Source: Pseudomonadota bacterium (lineage in GTDB: Bacteria > Bdellovibrionota_G > JALEGL01 > DATDPG01). From it: DNA of 64,000 nucleotides. This document shows positions 56,298-64,000 of this stretch, one piece after another (within the stretch, counting starts at the first letter, position 1; every line of letters starts with the position of its first letter). A program made the position numbers and the translations under genes. The DNA is taken from NCBI GenBank assembly GCA_043809315.1, contig JAZDDX010000027.1, positions 6,943 through 70,942 of the forward strand, given 5' to 3'. Under the pieces are notes generated by a model that did not search any database, was not told where the DNA came from, and saw only the letters and a list, made by a program, of their open reading frames with translations.

Positions 56298-57634
56298 TGC
56301 GTTACATTCCCCTGACCGGCGCCGACCGGGAGGCGATGCTCAGGGAGATCGGCGTCCAATCGATCGACGACCTCTTCCGTTCGATTCCGGCGTCGTCCCG
56401 GAAGAAGAGCGCCCCGGAACTGCCGGCGGCGAAGACCGAATCGGAACTTCTCGGATATTTTCACGCTCTGGCCCAGAAGAACCTCCCCAACGGGGAGAAA
56501 TGGCTCTCGTTTCTCGGGGGAGGGGCGTACGACCATTTCGTGCCGACGATCGTCGACGCGCTCTCCAGCCGCGGGGAGTTCCTGACGGCATACACGCCGT
56601 ACCAGCCGGAGGTGAGTCAGGGAACCTTGCAGGCGATCTTCGAATTTCAATCCCTGGTCGCGAATCTCTTCGGTCTCGATTGCGCGAATGCCTCGATGTA
56701 CGACGGGGCGTCGGCTGCAGCCGAGGCGGTTTTGATGGCGATGCGGATCAAGGATGGGAACCGCATTTTTCTTTCGAAGGGACTCCATCCGGAATACCAG
56801 CAGGTGATTCGGGCCTATCTCCGGGAAACGGAAGTAGAGATTGTCGAGCTCGAACTCGATGCTTCCGGTCGGACGGTTCTTCCGACGCTTCCGACCGGCA
56901 CCCTGGCGGGGGTGATATCGCAACCGAACTTCTTCGGCGTCATCGAGAACCTGTCTCCGCTGGCTGACTCCGTTCATGCGGGCGGCGGTTTGTTGATCAC
57001 CGCGACTCCGGAGGGGATGGCGTTCGGCGCAATCCGGGATCCCGGTTCGGAGGGGGCCGACATCGTCGCCGGGGAGGGGCAGTCGTTCGGAAACTACCTG
57101 AATTACGGCGGGCCGTACGTCGGACTGCTCGCGACGAAACGGGAATATGTGCGGCAGATTCCGGGGCGGCTGGTCGGAAGGACCGTCGACCGCGAGGGAA
57201 AAGAGGGGTACGTGTTGACGCTCGCGACCCGCGAACAACACATCCGCCGCGAGAAGGCGACCTCCAACATCTGCACGAATCACTCGCTCTGCGCCCTGCG
57301 AGCCTGCATCTATCTCGCGACGGTCGGGGAGCGCGGACTGCGGGAGATCGCGCTCCGAAATATGTGGGCGGCACACAAGCTGCGGACGAGTCTGCTGGAA
57401 CTGAAAGGGGTCGAGGCGGTCTACAAGGGGCCGGTCTTCAACGAGTTCACGGTTCGGCTCCCGATTTCAACCGAGGCGTTTCTCTCGAAGATGGAAGCAG
57501 AAAAAGTCCTCGGGGGGATTCCGATCTCGAAATGGGATCAGGCCCGGACCCACGATCTCCTGATTGCCGTCACCGAGACGAAGAGCCCGGACGATCTGGA
57601 TCGCTACGTTGCCGCGGCTAGGAAGGCGCTATGA
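56297..57634 (+). CDS. gcvPA: Glycine dehydrogenase (decarboxylating) subunit 1.
   Basis: GDC-P N-terminal half. Start overlaps the gcvH stop. Confidence 0.9.
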   Translation: MRYIPLTGADREAMLREIGVQSIDDLFRSIPASSRKKSAPELPAAKTESELLGYFHALAQKNLPNGEKWLSFLGGGAYDHFVPTIVDALSSRGEFLTAYTPYQPEVSQGTLQAIFEFQSLVANLFGLDCANASMYDGASAAAEAVLMAMRIKDGNRIFLSKGLHPEYQQVIRAYLRETEVEIVELELDASGRTVLPTLPTGTLAGVISQPNFFGVIENLSPLADSVHAGGGLLITATPEGMAFGAIRDPGSEGADIVAGEGQSFGNYLNYGGPYVGLLATKREYVRQIPGRLVGRTVDREGKEGYVLTLATREQHIRREKATSNICTNHSLCALRACIYLATVGERGLREIALRNMWAAHKLRTSLLELKGVEAVYKGPVFNEFTVRLPISTEAFLSKMEAEKVLGGIPISKWDQARTHDLLIAVTETKSPDDLDRYVAAARKAL

Positions 57635-59148
57635 AGGAACCGAACGAGATCCAGCGGGCGTTCCATCACGTCTCGAATCTCTTCGAGAAGAGCCACACGA
57701 AAGGGGACGGGGAGCGGAACGGGTATGTTCCTCCGATCCCGGCTGAGGAACTTTCAAAGGTCGTTCCGTCGAACTTGCTGCGGACGAAGGTTCCCAACTT
57801 TCCTCAACTCTCCGAAGTGGAGGTGGTCCGCCATTTCACGCGTCTTTCCCAGCTCAACTTTGGGATCGACAGCGGGACGTATCCCCTCGGTTCGTGCACG
57901 ATGAAATACAACCCGAGGGTCAACGAACGGGTCGCGTCGGAGGAAGGGTTCACTTCGCTCCATCCGTACACGCCGGAGAAGTATGCCCAGGGGGCGCTGG
58001 CGCTGATGTACGAACTCCAGCAGGCGTTGATCACGATCACCGGACTCAAGGGATGCAGTCTCCAGCCGGCGGCCGGTGCGCATGGCGAACTGGTCGGCGT
58101 CCAGATGATCCGGGCGTATCACCGGAAAAAGGGGCAGAAGCAGCGGACGACGATCCTCGTCCCCGATTCCGCGCACGGCACCAACCCGGCGAGTGCCGCA
58201 CTCTGCGGTCTCAAGGTGAAGCAACTCGCCTCAGGACCAAATGGGATGCTCGAAGTCGCCGATGTCGAGAAGGCGATGGACGACACGGTGGCCGGGATCA
58301 TGGTCACCGTTCCGAACACTCTGGGGATCTTCGAAGAGAAGATCATCGAGATCGCGAGCTTGGTTCACGAGCGGGGTGGGTTGGTTTACTGCGATGGCGC
58401 GAACCTGAACGCCCTCGTCGGCAAGGTCGATTTCCGCGCGATCGGGGTCGACGTCATGCACATTAACCTCCACAAGACCTTTTCCACGCCGCACGGTGGA
58501 GGGGGTCCGGGGGCGGGGCCGGTGGTGGTTTCCGAGAAACTCCTCGATTTCCTGCCGATTCCGCTGGTCCGGAAGCGGGGAGAAGATACCTATTTTCTCG
58601 ACGATACGGTTTCACACACAATCGGGCGGTTCCGGTCGTTCTACGGGAATTTCGGGGTCCTGGTTCGGGCGCTTTGTTACATCTATGCGTTCGGGCCGGA
58701 GGGGATCTCGGAGATTGCGAACGGGTCGGTGCTGAACGCGAACTACCTCAAGACGAAGCTGAAAGCTTCGTATCACCTTCCGTACTCGACGCCGACGCTC
58801 CACGAGGCGGTGTTCACCGACAAATGGCAGCAGGCGAACCACGTTTCCACGCTCGACGTCGCCAAGCGGATGATGGATTTCGGGATCCATCCGCCGACGG
58901 TCTATTTCCCTCTCGTGGTGCGCGGAGCGCTCATGATCGAGCCTACGGAGACGGAGTCGAAGGAAGATTTAGACCGATTCGTAGCGATCCTCACCCTGAT
59001 CGCGGAGGAAGCGAAAACGAATCCGGAGAAGCTAACCGGTGCACCCCATAACCTGGGAATCCGCAGGCTCGACGAGACGAGGGCTGCGCGGGAACCGATC
59101 CTCACCTGGAACCCGCCGGGCGCGAAACCGGTTCGAAAGTCTCCGTAG
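57631..59148 (+). CDS. gcvPB: Glycine dehydrogenase (decarboxylating) subunit 2 (PLP-binding).
   Basis: ATGA overlap with gcvPA. GDC-P C-terminal half with the PLP Lys region (NLHKTFSTPHGGGGPG). Confidence 0.9.
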   Translation: MKEPNEIQRAFHHVSNLFEKSHTKGDGERNGYVPPIPAEELSKVVPSNLLRTKVPNFPQLSEVEVVRHFTRLSQLNFGIDSGTYPLGSCTMKYNPRVNERVASEEGFTSLHPYTPEKYAQGALALMYELQQALITITGLKGCSLQPAAGAHGELVGVQMIRAYHRKKGQKQRTTILVPDSAHGTNPASAALCGLKVKQLASGPNGMLEVADVEKAMDDTVAGIMVTVPNTLGIFEEKIIEIASLVHERGGLVYCDGANLNALVGKVDFRAIGVDVMHINLHKTFSTPHGGGGPGAGPVVVSEKLLDFLPIPLVRKRGEDTYFLDDTVSHTIGRFRSFYGNFGVLVRALCYIYAFGPEGISEIANGSVLNANYLKTKLKASYHLPYSTPTLHEAVFTDKWQQANHVSTLDVAKRMMDFGIHPPTVYFPLVVRGALMIEPTETESKEDLDRFVAILTLIAEEAKTNPEKLTGAPHNLGIRRLDETRAAREPILTWNPPGAKPVRKSP

Positions 59149-59214
59149 ATCCATGGAATGAGTAGTTTTGTGCGCGCGTAAGTTAAAGCTAGATATCTAA
59201 TTGACGCGCGTGAA

Positions 59215-60447
59215 TTGGATATCTATATTTGGTTTGTGATGACCGAGTTTCCTCGACTGCTCTCCCGGTGGGCCTTCTCTGAGATGCAGAGCAAGAGCCT
59301 TGTGCCGATGGTCTGGATAACGGGCGCACGGCAAGTGGGCAAGACTTGGATGGTTTCAAAACTTCCGGGGAACTATTTCAACTGGGATACGGTCGAGACC
59401 CGCAAAGCATTCGCCAAGGACCCGTACTTCTTTCGCAGCGAACGGCGGCTGGTCATCTTCGATGAGATCCATAAACGACGGGACTGGAAGAAGATTCTGA
59501 AGGGATACTACGATTCAGCCGATCGGCGGGAAAATTTCCTCGTCACGGGCTCCGGGAAAATGGATCAGTATCTAAGGGGAGGTGACAGCCTTCAGGGGAG
59601 GTACGATCTGTACCATCTGTGGCCGATCACGTGGGATGAGTTCAAGAGATTTAGGGGAAAACTAGCGTCGCCGCGAAACTGGGCGGAATGGGAGCCCGGC
59701 GACCCGACCGGGTCGGATCGGGACCTGATTCGTCTGGGCGGCTTTCCGAAGCCCCTGCTTCAAGGAAGTGAGCAGCGGCTGCGAAGATGGCAGGATCAGT
59801 ACCTGGACCGCTTGGTTCGAGAAGATACGCGCGATTTCAGTGCCGTTCAGCGCCTCGATCAGTTGGACCTGCTGGCGAGAATCCTGCCGGACCGGGTCGG
59901 ATCTCCGATTTCGGTCAAGAGCCTCTCAGAGGACATCGAGTCAAGTACGATCGGCGTGAAATCGTGGCTCCGCCTTTTCGAAGTGCTCTATCTGGGGTTC
60001 CGGGTTCATCCCTACCATCGGAAAATCCATCGGGCCGTGAAAAAAGAACCCAAGTGGTACTTCTATCAATGGACCTTCGTCGAAAATCCCGCGGCACGTT
60101 TTGAAAACTATCTAGCCGTCCAGCTTGCGGCGGCATGTTCCGCCTGGTCCGAGCAGGGGTTCGGCCGCTGGGAACTTTTCTATCTCCGAGATCAGGATCG
60201 GAGGGAGGTCGATTTCCTTCTCTGCAGGGATCTTAAACCCCAGGTACTGGTGGAAGCGAAGACATCCGAACAGTCTTGGCCCTCCGCCTTGCACTTCTAT
60301 TGCAAGAAACTCCAAGTCCCGGGATTTCTGGTCTATCCGGGCGGCACGGACAAGAAGACGGATGTGGTTCGGCGAGTCGCGCCGACAGGTTGGACGGTTC
60401 CCTCGTCTCGGTTTCTCTCGGGTTTGCTGCTGGAGAAGACTCAATAA
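59215..60447 (+). CDS. AAA-domain ATPase with C-terminal DUF4143-like domain (standalone ATP-binding protein).
   Basis: P-loop GARQVGKT and Walker B VIFDEIH. The C-terminal region is typical of the DUF4143 family. Confidence 0.65.
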   Translation: MDIYIWFVMTEFPRLLSRWAFSEMQSKSLVPMVWITGARQVGKTWMVSKLPGNYFNWDTVETRKAFAKDPYFFRSERRLVIFDEIHKRRDWKKILKGYYDSADRRENFLVTGSGKMDQYLRGGDSLQGRYDLYHLWPITWDEFKRFRGKLASPRNWAEWEPGDPTGSDRDLIRLGGFPKPLLQGSEQRLRRWQDQYLDRLVREDTRDFSAVQRLDQLDLLARILPDRVGSPISVKSLSEDIESSTIGVKSWLRLFEVLYLGFRVHPYHRKIHRAVKKEPKWYFYQWTFVENPAARFENYLAVQLAAACSAWSEQGFGRWELFYLRDQDRREVDFLLCRDLKPQVLVEAKTSEQSWPSALHFYCKKLQVPGFLVYPGGTDKKTDVVRRVAPTGWTVPSSRFLSGLLLEKTQ

Positions 60448-61370
60448 ACCGGCCGAAGCGTTACGATAAACCCCCAGTTCGGGACGTGGATCAACCCGTC
60501 CTCTTCCACCAGCTGCGGCGGGGGGTTCAAGAACGGGGCCGCGCGCCGGACGGCGTCGATCGCCTCCTGATCCAGCTTGCGGTTCCCGGACGAATTCAGA
60601 AGGAACAGATCGTTCAGATATCCGTTCTTCTTGATCGTGAACTGGAGGGTCGTCACGTATTGATCCCTCGCGAGACGCTCAGAGGAAATGGTCGAGGTCG
60701 GATCCCAGATCGCCTCCATCTGCCGTTTCATTCGGATGAAGAAGGTGGCGTAGGCATATTCCCGCGTGTTCAGAACGGTGGAATCGCCGATCGCGATCTG
60801 CGGCAGATAATTCGACGGAGCGAGCATGGCGAGCTTGGAGTTCGACGGTCCCATGGCGGGCATTTCTTTCCCCAGAATGGAAGACGGGACGTCCCAGCGG
60901 AACTTTCCGTTTCCCGGTTTCATTGACTCCCGGGCAGTGGATCCGGCTCTCCCGATCGGGGAGGTCGGGTTCGGTCCCGTCAAACGGGCCTGGGTTTCCC
61001 GCTCGGCTGTGCGGTTTTTGTCGCTCCAAAACTGAGCATTGTCTGGCGCCTTTTTTTCGTTCGCTTTCGAGTCGAGGAGGTCGACCAGTTCCCCTTTCGG
61101 GCTCAAGAGGTTCCGATCCGATTTCGTTTCCGGGAAACGGACCCGGAGGACTTTTTCGCGGGAGGCGGCGACCGCCGTATCCTTGGACCAGGTCCCGAAT
61201 GTCGGGATCAGCCCTACGAAAAAGAAATGGAGGAAGAGGGAGGCGGCGATCGGCCACCAGAGGGAGAGTCGTTCTTCCCGGACGGTCGTATTCAAGCGTG
61301 AGAATCGTATCACAACCGGGCCGGTCCGGGTTGACCCGACAGAGCGAATCTGGTTGGATGCGCCGCTCAT
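60441..61370 (-). CDS. tonB: TonB family energy transducer (N-terminal TM anchor, Pro/Lys-rich linker, TonB_C domain).
   Basis: TM helix LWWPIAASLFLHFFFVGLIPTF and a C-terminal TonB_C-like fold (YPPQLVEEDGLIHV-type region). The start may be an internal GTG, since the ATG is only 13 nt from the divergent folE start. Confidence 0.6.
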   Translation of the reverse strand: MSGASNQIRSVGSTRTGPVVIRFSRLNTTVREERLSLWWPIAASLFLHFFFVGLIPTFGTWSKDTAVAASREKVLRVRFPETKSDRNLLSPKGELVDLLDSKANEKKAPDNAQFWSDKNRTAERETQARLTGPNPTSPIGRAGSTARESMKPGNGKFRWDVPSSILGKEMPAMGPSNSKLAMLAPSNYLPQIAIGDSTVLNTREYAYATFFIRMKRQMEAIWDPTSTISSERLARDQYVTTLQFTIKKNGYLNDLFLLNSSGNRKLDQEAIDAVRRAAPFLNPPPQLVEEDGLIHVPNWGFIVTLRPVY

Positions 61371-61383
61371 TTAGGGAGGCAAC

Positions 61384-61932
61384 GTGGAAGAGCAGATTCG
61401 GGAAATCCTCAAACAAATCGGCGAAAACCCGGAACGGGAAGGGCTTTTGAAAACGCCGGAACGGGTGGCAAAGGCGTACCGGTTCCTGACGAAGGGGTAT
61501 TCGGAGGATCCGAAGAAGGTGGTCAACGGGGCCGTCTTCACGGAGGAGCAGCGGGACATGGTCATGGTCCGGAACATCGACTTCTTCTCCCTCTGCGAGC
61601 ACCACATGCTTCCGTTTTTCGGGAAGTGTCACGTCGCCTACATCCCGAACCGGAAGATCATCGGTCTCTCCAAAATGGCCCGCCTCGTCGACATCTACGC
61701 CCGCCGCCTCCAGGTTCAGGAACGCCTCACGTGGGAGATCGCCAACACGATTCAGGACGCGCTCACCCCTCTCGGGGTGGCGGTCGTGATGGAGGCGCAG
61801 CACCTCTGCATGATGATGCGGGGGGTGGAACGGCAGAACTCCGTGGCGGTCACCAGCGCGATGCTGGGGGCCTTCCAGGAGCGGTACGCGACCCGCGCGG
61901 AGTTCATGTCCCTGATCAAGCCGACGTCGTAA
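61384..61932 (+). CDS. folE: GTP cyclohydrolase I.
   Basis: Motifs [31 protein letters not shown] and RLQVQERLT. Confidence 0.9.
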   Translation: MEEQIREILKQIGENPEREGLLKTPERVAKAYRFLTKGYSEDPKKVVNGAVFTEEQRDMVMVRNIDFFSLCEHHMLPFFGKCHVAYIPNRKIIGLSKMARLVDIYARRLQVQERLTWEIANTIQDALTPLGVAVVMEAQHLCMMMRGVERQNSVAVTSAMLGAFQERYATRAEFMSLIKPTS

Positions 61933-61956
61933 CGTGACATTCGTGGGCATTGGCGT

Positions 61957-62289
61957 TTGAGCGATCGGCCCGATAGAATGAGTTCCGTGTTGAAGGGGGG
62001 AGGGGACGAAACCACCCGCCTCTATGGCGAGGTGGGGCGCCTTGTCGAGATCACGGTTGAGGGGAAGGGGTATCGGGTCCCCGAACGCCTGGAACTCCTC
62101 CGCTGCTTTCAGTACCTCGATTTTCAGATCGCCTACGAACAGTTTTGCTGGAACGCCACCTGCAAAAACTGCGCCGCGAACCTCCGCTCCGACCCGAAGA
62201 AAAAGAAGAAACGAGAGCTCTGCTGCCAGACGCCGGCGCTGGAGGGGATGGCGGTCGAGAAACTGCCGGTCGGGGTCCGCGTCCGCTAA
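61957..62289 (+). CDS. Hypothetical small Cys-rich protein (possible 2Fe-2S ferredoxin-like).
   Basis: Cys spacing C-x11-C-x4-C-x2-C (LRCFQ...FCWNATCKNC) after a beta-grasp-like ITVEGKGYRV segment. The start is uncertain. Confidence 0.35.
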   Translation: MSDRPDRMSSVLKGGGDETTRLYGEVGRLVEITVEGKGYRVPERLELLRCFQYLDFQIAYEQFCWNATCKNCAANLRSDPKKKKKRELCCQTPALEGMAVEKLPVGVRVR

Positions 62290-62336
62290 CTGCGGCAAGC
62301 CTTGACCTCGCCGATTCGGCGTGTTTTGAACCGCTC

Positions 62337-62723
62337 ATGAGCGACCGTTACCTTGTCCGCACGGAGGCGTTCTTCGAAGCTGCCCACAACCTTCGTTCGT
62401 ATCACGGGAAACCGGAACCGTTGCACGGACACAGTTGGAAGGTGGAGGTCGAGGTCGAGGCGGACGGCTTGGACTCGGAGGGGATGGCCGTCGACTTCGT
62501 GCAGGTGACTTCCGCTCTGACAGGAGTCGTGAAGAAACTGGACTATACGTACTTGAACGAAGTCCCGCCGTTCACCGATCTCGCCCCGACGGCGGAGAAC
62601 ATCGCGGCCTGGATCTGCCGGGAGCTGGCCGGCCCGGTCGGTCGGCAGGGTGGAAAGGTTCACGAGGTGAGGGTCTTCGAAGGAAGACACGCGTCAGCCG
62701 CTTATCGACCGGCGGCAGTCTAA
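62337..62723 (+). CDS. PTPS/QueD-family protein lacking the catalytic cysteine (Pro substitution: HGKPEPLHGHSW).
   Basis: 6-pyruvoyl-tetrahydropterin synthase fold motifs (EAAHNL, LHGHSW, E-x-H region). Start at the MSDRYLV ATG. Confidence 0.7.
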   Translation: MSDRYLVRTEAFFEAAHNLRSYHGKPEPLHGHSWKVEVEVEADGLDSEGMAVDFVQVTSALTGVVKKLDYTYLNEVPPFTDLAPTAENIAAWICRELAGPVGRQGGKVHEVRVFEGRHASAAYRPAAV

Positions 62724-63130
62724 GATTTCCAGTATCGGGCGTACTGCGTCGGGGTTTCCCAGACTTTCACCTCGGTCACGGGGAGCCCTAAAGACTCGGC
62801 CTTTTCGAACAAAATTCGGGAGATGTTTTCCGCCGTGGGGTTTCCCTCGATCCGGAAGACCGGCTCACCCAGTTTTTCGAGAGGGGACGCGAGAGGGTCG
62901 TCCCTGCGTAGGAGCATTTTGTGGTCGATCGTTGTCTCGATCCAGGCCTTGAGCTTCGACTTGATCTCGTTGAAATCGACCACCATCCCCCGACCGTCGA
63001 GCGACGGGGACTCGAACGTCAACTCCGCCACGGCATTGTGGCCGTGGAGGTGGGCGCACTTCCCATCGTAGTCGAGAAGACGATGTCCGTAACAGAAACA
63101 GATCTGTTGGGTGACTCCGAACCGATTCAT
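62720..63130 (-). CDS. queD: 6-carboxy-5,6,7,8-tetrahydropterin synthase (QueD/PTPS) with intact Cys-x3-HGH.
   Basis: GKCAHLHGHN motif plus conserved Glu/His. Convergent with the PTPS paralogue, with a 4-nt overlap. Confidence 0.75.
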   Translation of the reverse strand: MNRFGVTQQICFCYGHRLLDYDGKCAHLHGHNAVAELTFESPSLDGRGMVVDFNEIKSKLKAWIETTIDHKMLLRRDDPLASPLEKLGEPVFRIEGNPTAENISRILFEKAESLGLPVTEVKVWETPTQYARYWKS

Positions 63131-63217
63131 CGATACCCCGTTCGGGTGGCACCATACGGCGCCGGTGGAACAGGGTCAACTTGCGGAGTCGACGTAAAAC
63201 CGGCACAACTTCTCACC

Positions 63218-64000
63218 GTGAAACTGAGTTCAGCCGAGATTTCCGGTCTCCTGGAAGAGATAGCGGTTCTTCTGGAACTTAAAGGGGAGAATCCGTTCAA
63301 GATCCGGGCGTATCGAAATGCCGCGCGGAAGCTTGAGGAGGTCGGGAGCGACCTAGCGGAGCGGGTGGAGCGGGGTTCGCTGGAGGAGCTCGAAGGGATC
63401 GGAAAGGCTTTGGCGGAGAAGATCACGGCGCTTGCGCGTACCGGCCGCTTGGAGGAGTACGAACGACTTCGCTCCGAGACCCCGGAGGGTCTGCTGGATC
63501 TCTTGAAGGTCGCCGGCCTCGGTCCGAAGAAAGTCAGGGCGCTCCACGAAAAGCTGGGGATCTATTCGCTCGATGGTCTGGAAAAGGCCTGTCGGGGGAA
63601 TCGGATCGCGATGCTGGAAGGGTTCGGGCTCAAGACGCAGGAGAAGATCCTGGCAGGGATCGCGAATGTGCGAAAGAACCAGGATCTGTTTCTCTTCGCC
63701 GAAGCGATCGACCTTGCGGAAGAAGTCAAAAACACCATCTCCGGTTGGAGAGAGGTCCTGCAGGTTTCCCTGGCGGGGAGTCTCCGGCGGCGGAACGAGA
63801 CGGTCCGGGATGTCGACATCGTCTGCTCCTCCCGGCGGCCCAAAGCGGTGATGGAGAAGTTCACGAAGCTTCCCGGAGTGGTCCGTGTCACGGAGCATGG
63901 CGAGACGAAGTCGAGAGTCGTATTCGAGAGGGGGCTGGCGTTCGATCTTCGGGTCGTGACGGAAGAACAGTTCCCGTTCGCGCTCCAGCATTTCACCGGG
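63218..64000 (+). CDS. polX: Family X DNA polymerase (PolX/YshC-like), 5' part only (continues beyond the window).
   Basis: Translation from the GTG at ~63218 is stop-free to the window end. N-terminus KLSSAEISGLLEEIAVLLELKGENPFKIRAYRNAARKL plus HhH motifs (GIGKALAEKI, GLGPKK) typical of Pol beta-like PolX. Not in the ORF track because there is no stop. Confidence 0.7.
   Translation, partial: MKLSSAEISGLLEEIAVLLELKGENPFKIRAYRNAARKLEEVGSDLAERVERGSLEELEGIGKALAEKITALARTGRLEEYERLRSETPEGLLDLLKVAGLGPKKVRALHEKLGIYSLDGLEKACRGNRIAMLEGFGLKTQEKILAGIANVRKNQDLFLFAEAIDLAEEVKNTISGWREVLQVSLAGSLRRRNETVRDVDIVCSSRRPKAVMEKFTKLPGVVRVTEHGETKSRVVFERGLAFDLRVVTEEQFPFALQHFTG

Noticed and set aside
1-64000. CRISPR arrays, IS elements, integrases, prophage genes.
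   Set aside because: No regularly spaced direct repeats, transposase or integrase motifs, or phage structural genes were recognised anywhere in the window. The tRNA-Val is not flanked by an integrase.

Overview
This is a high-GC (~62%) bacterial chromosomal segment, gene-dense on both strands, apparently from a diderm organism (OM beta-barrels, TonB, FtsH, Glt/Nfs-like TPR envelope genes). Most of the window is housekeeping. The recognisable genes include tilS-ftsH, the c-di-AMP operon cdaA-cdaR-glmM, pdxJ, nnr, tsaE, lysC, mnmA, nadD, mtaB, rnc, der, pepA, rsmI, rng, uvrC, comEC, psd-pssA, asd, truA, maf-yggS, divIVA, folD, gcvT-H-PA-PB, folE/queD, a tRNA-Val(CAC) and the start of a family-X DNA polymerase. 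Several regions are not explained by housekeeping. (1) At the left edge there is a tightly overlapping minus-strand operon: OM beta-barrel, 542-aa TPR protein, 1369-aa TPR protein, small secreted protein, and a single-pass TonB-like membrane protein. This resembles the Myxococcus Glt/Nfs envelope-spanning complexes. (2) A three-gene accessory module sits between yggS and divIVA: a small wHTH regulator, an AbiEii-like nucleotidyltransferase and an archaemetzincin-like HEXXH lipoprotein. It lies behind an AT-rich near-consensus promoter carrying a perfect 18-nt palindrome. (3) About 1.27 kb of ORF-free, hairpin-rich sequence lies immediately upstream of tRNA-Val and may be a large structured ncRNA. 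(4) A Tam41/Mmp37-like nucleotidyltransferase lies near psd-pssA. (5) Three tandem paralogous Cys-containing lipoprotein genes are translationally coupled. (6) Two unannotated 36-aa highly basic ORFs follow operon ends. (7) Two convergent PTPS/QueD paralogues follow folE, and one lacks the catalytic Cys. No CRISPR array, transposase, integrase or rRNA was seen. Start codons that I derived myself, rather than took from the ORF track, may be off by a few nucleotides.
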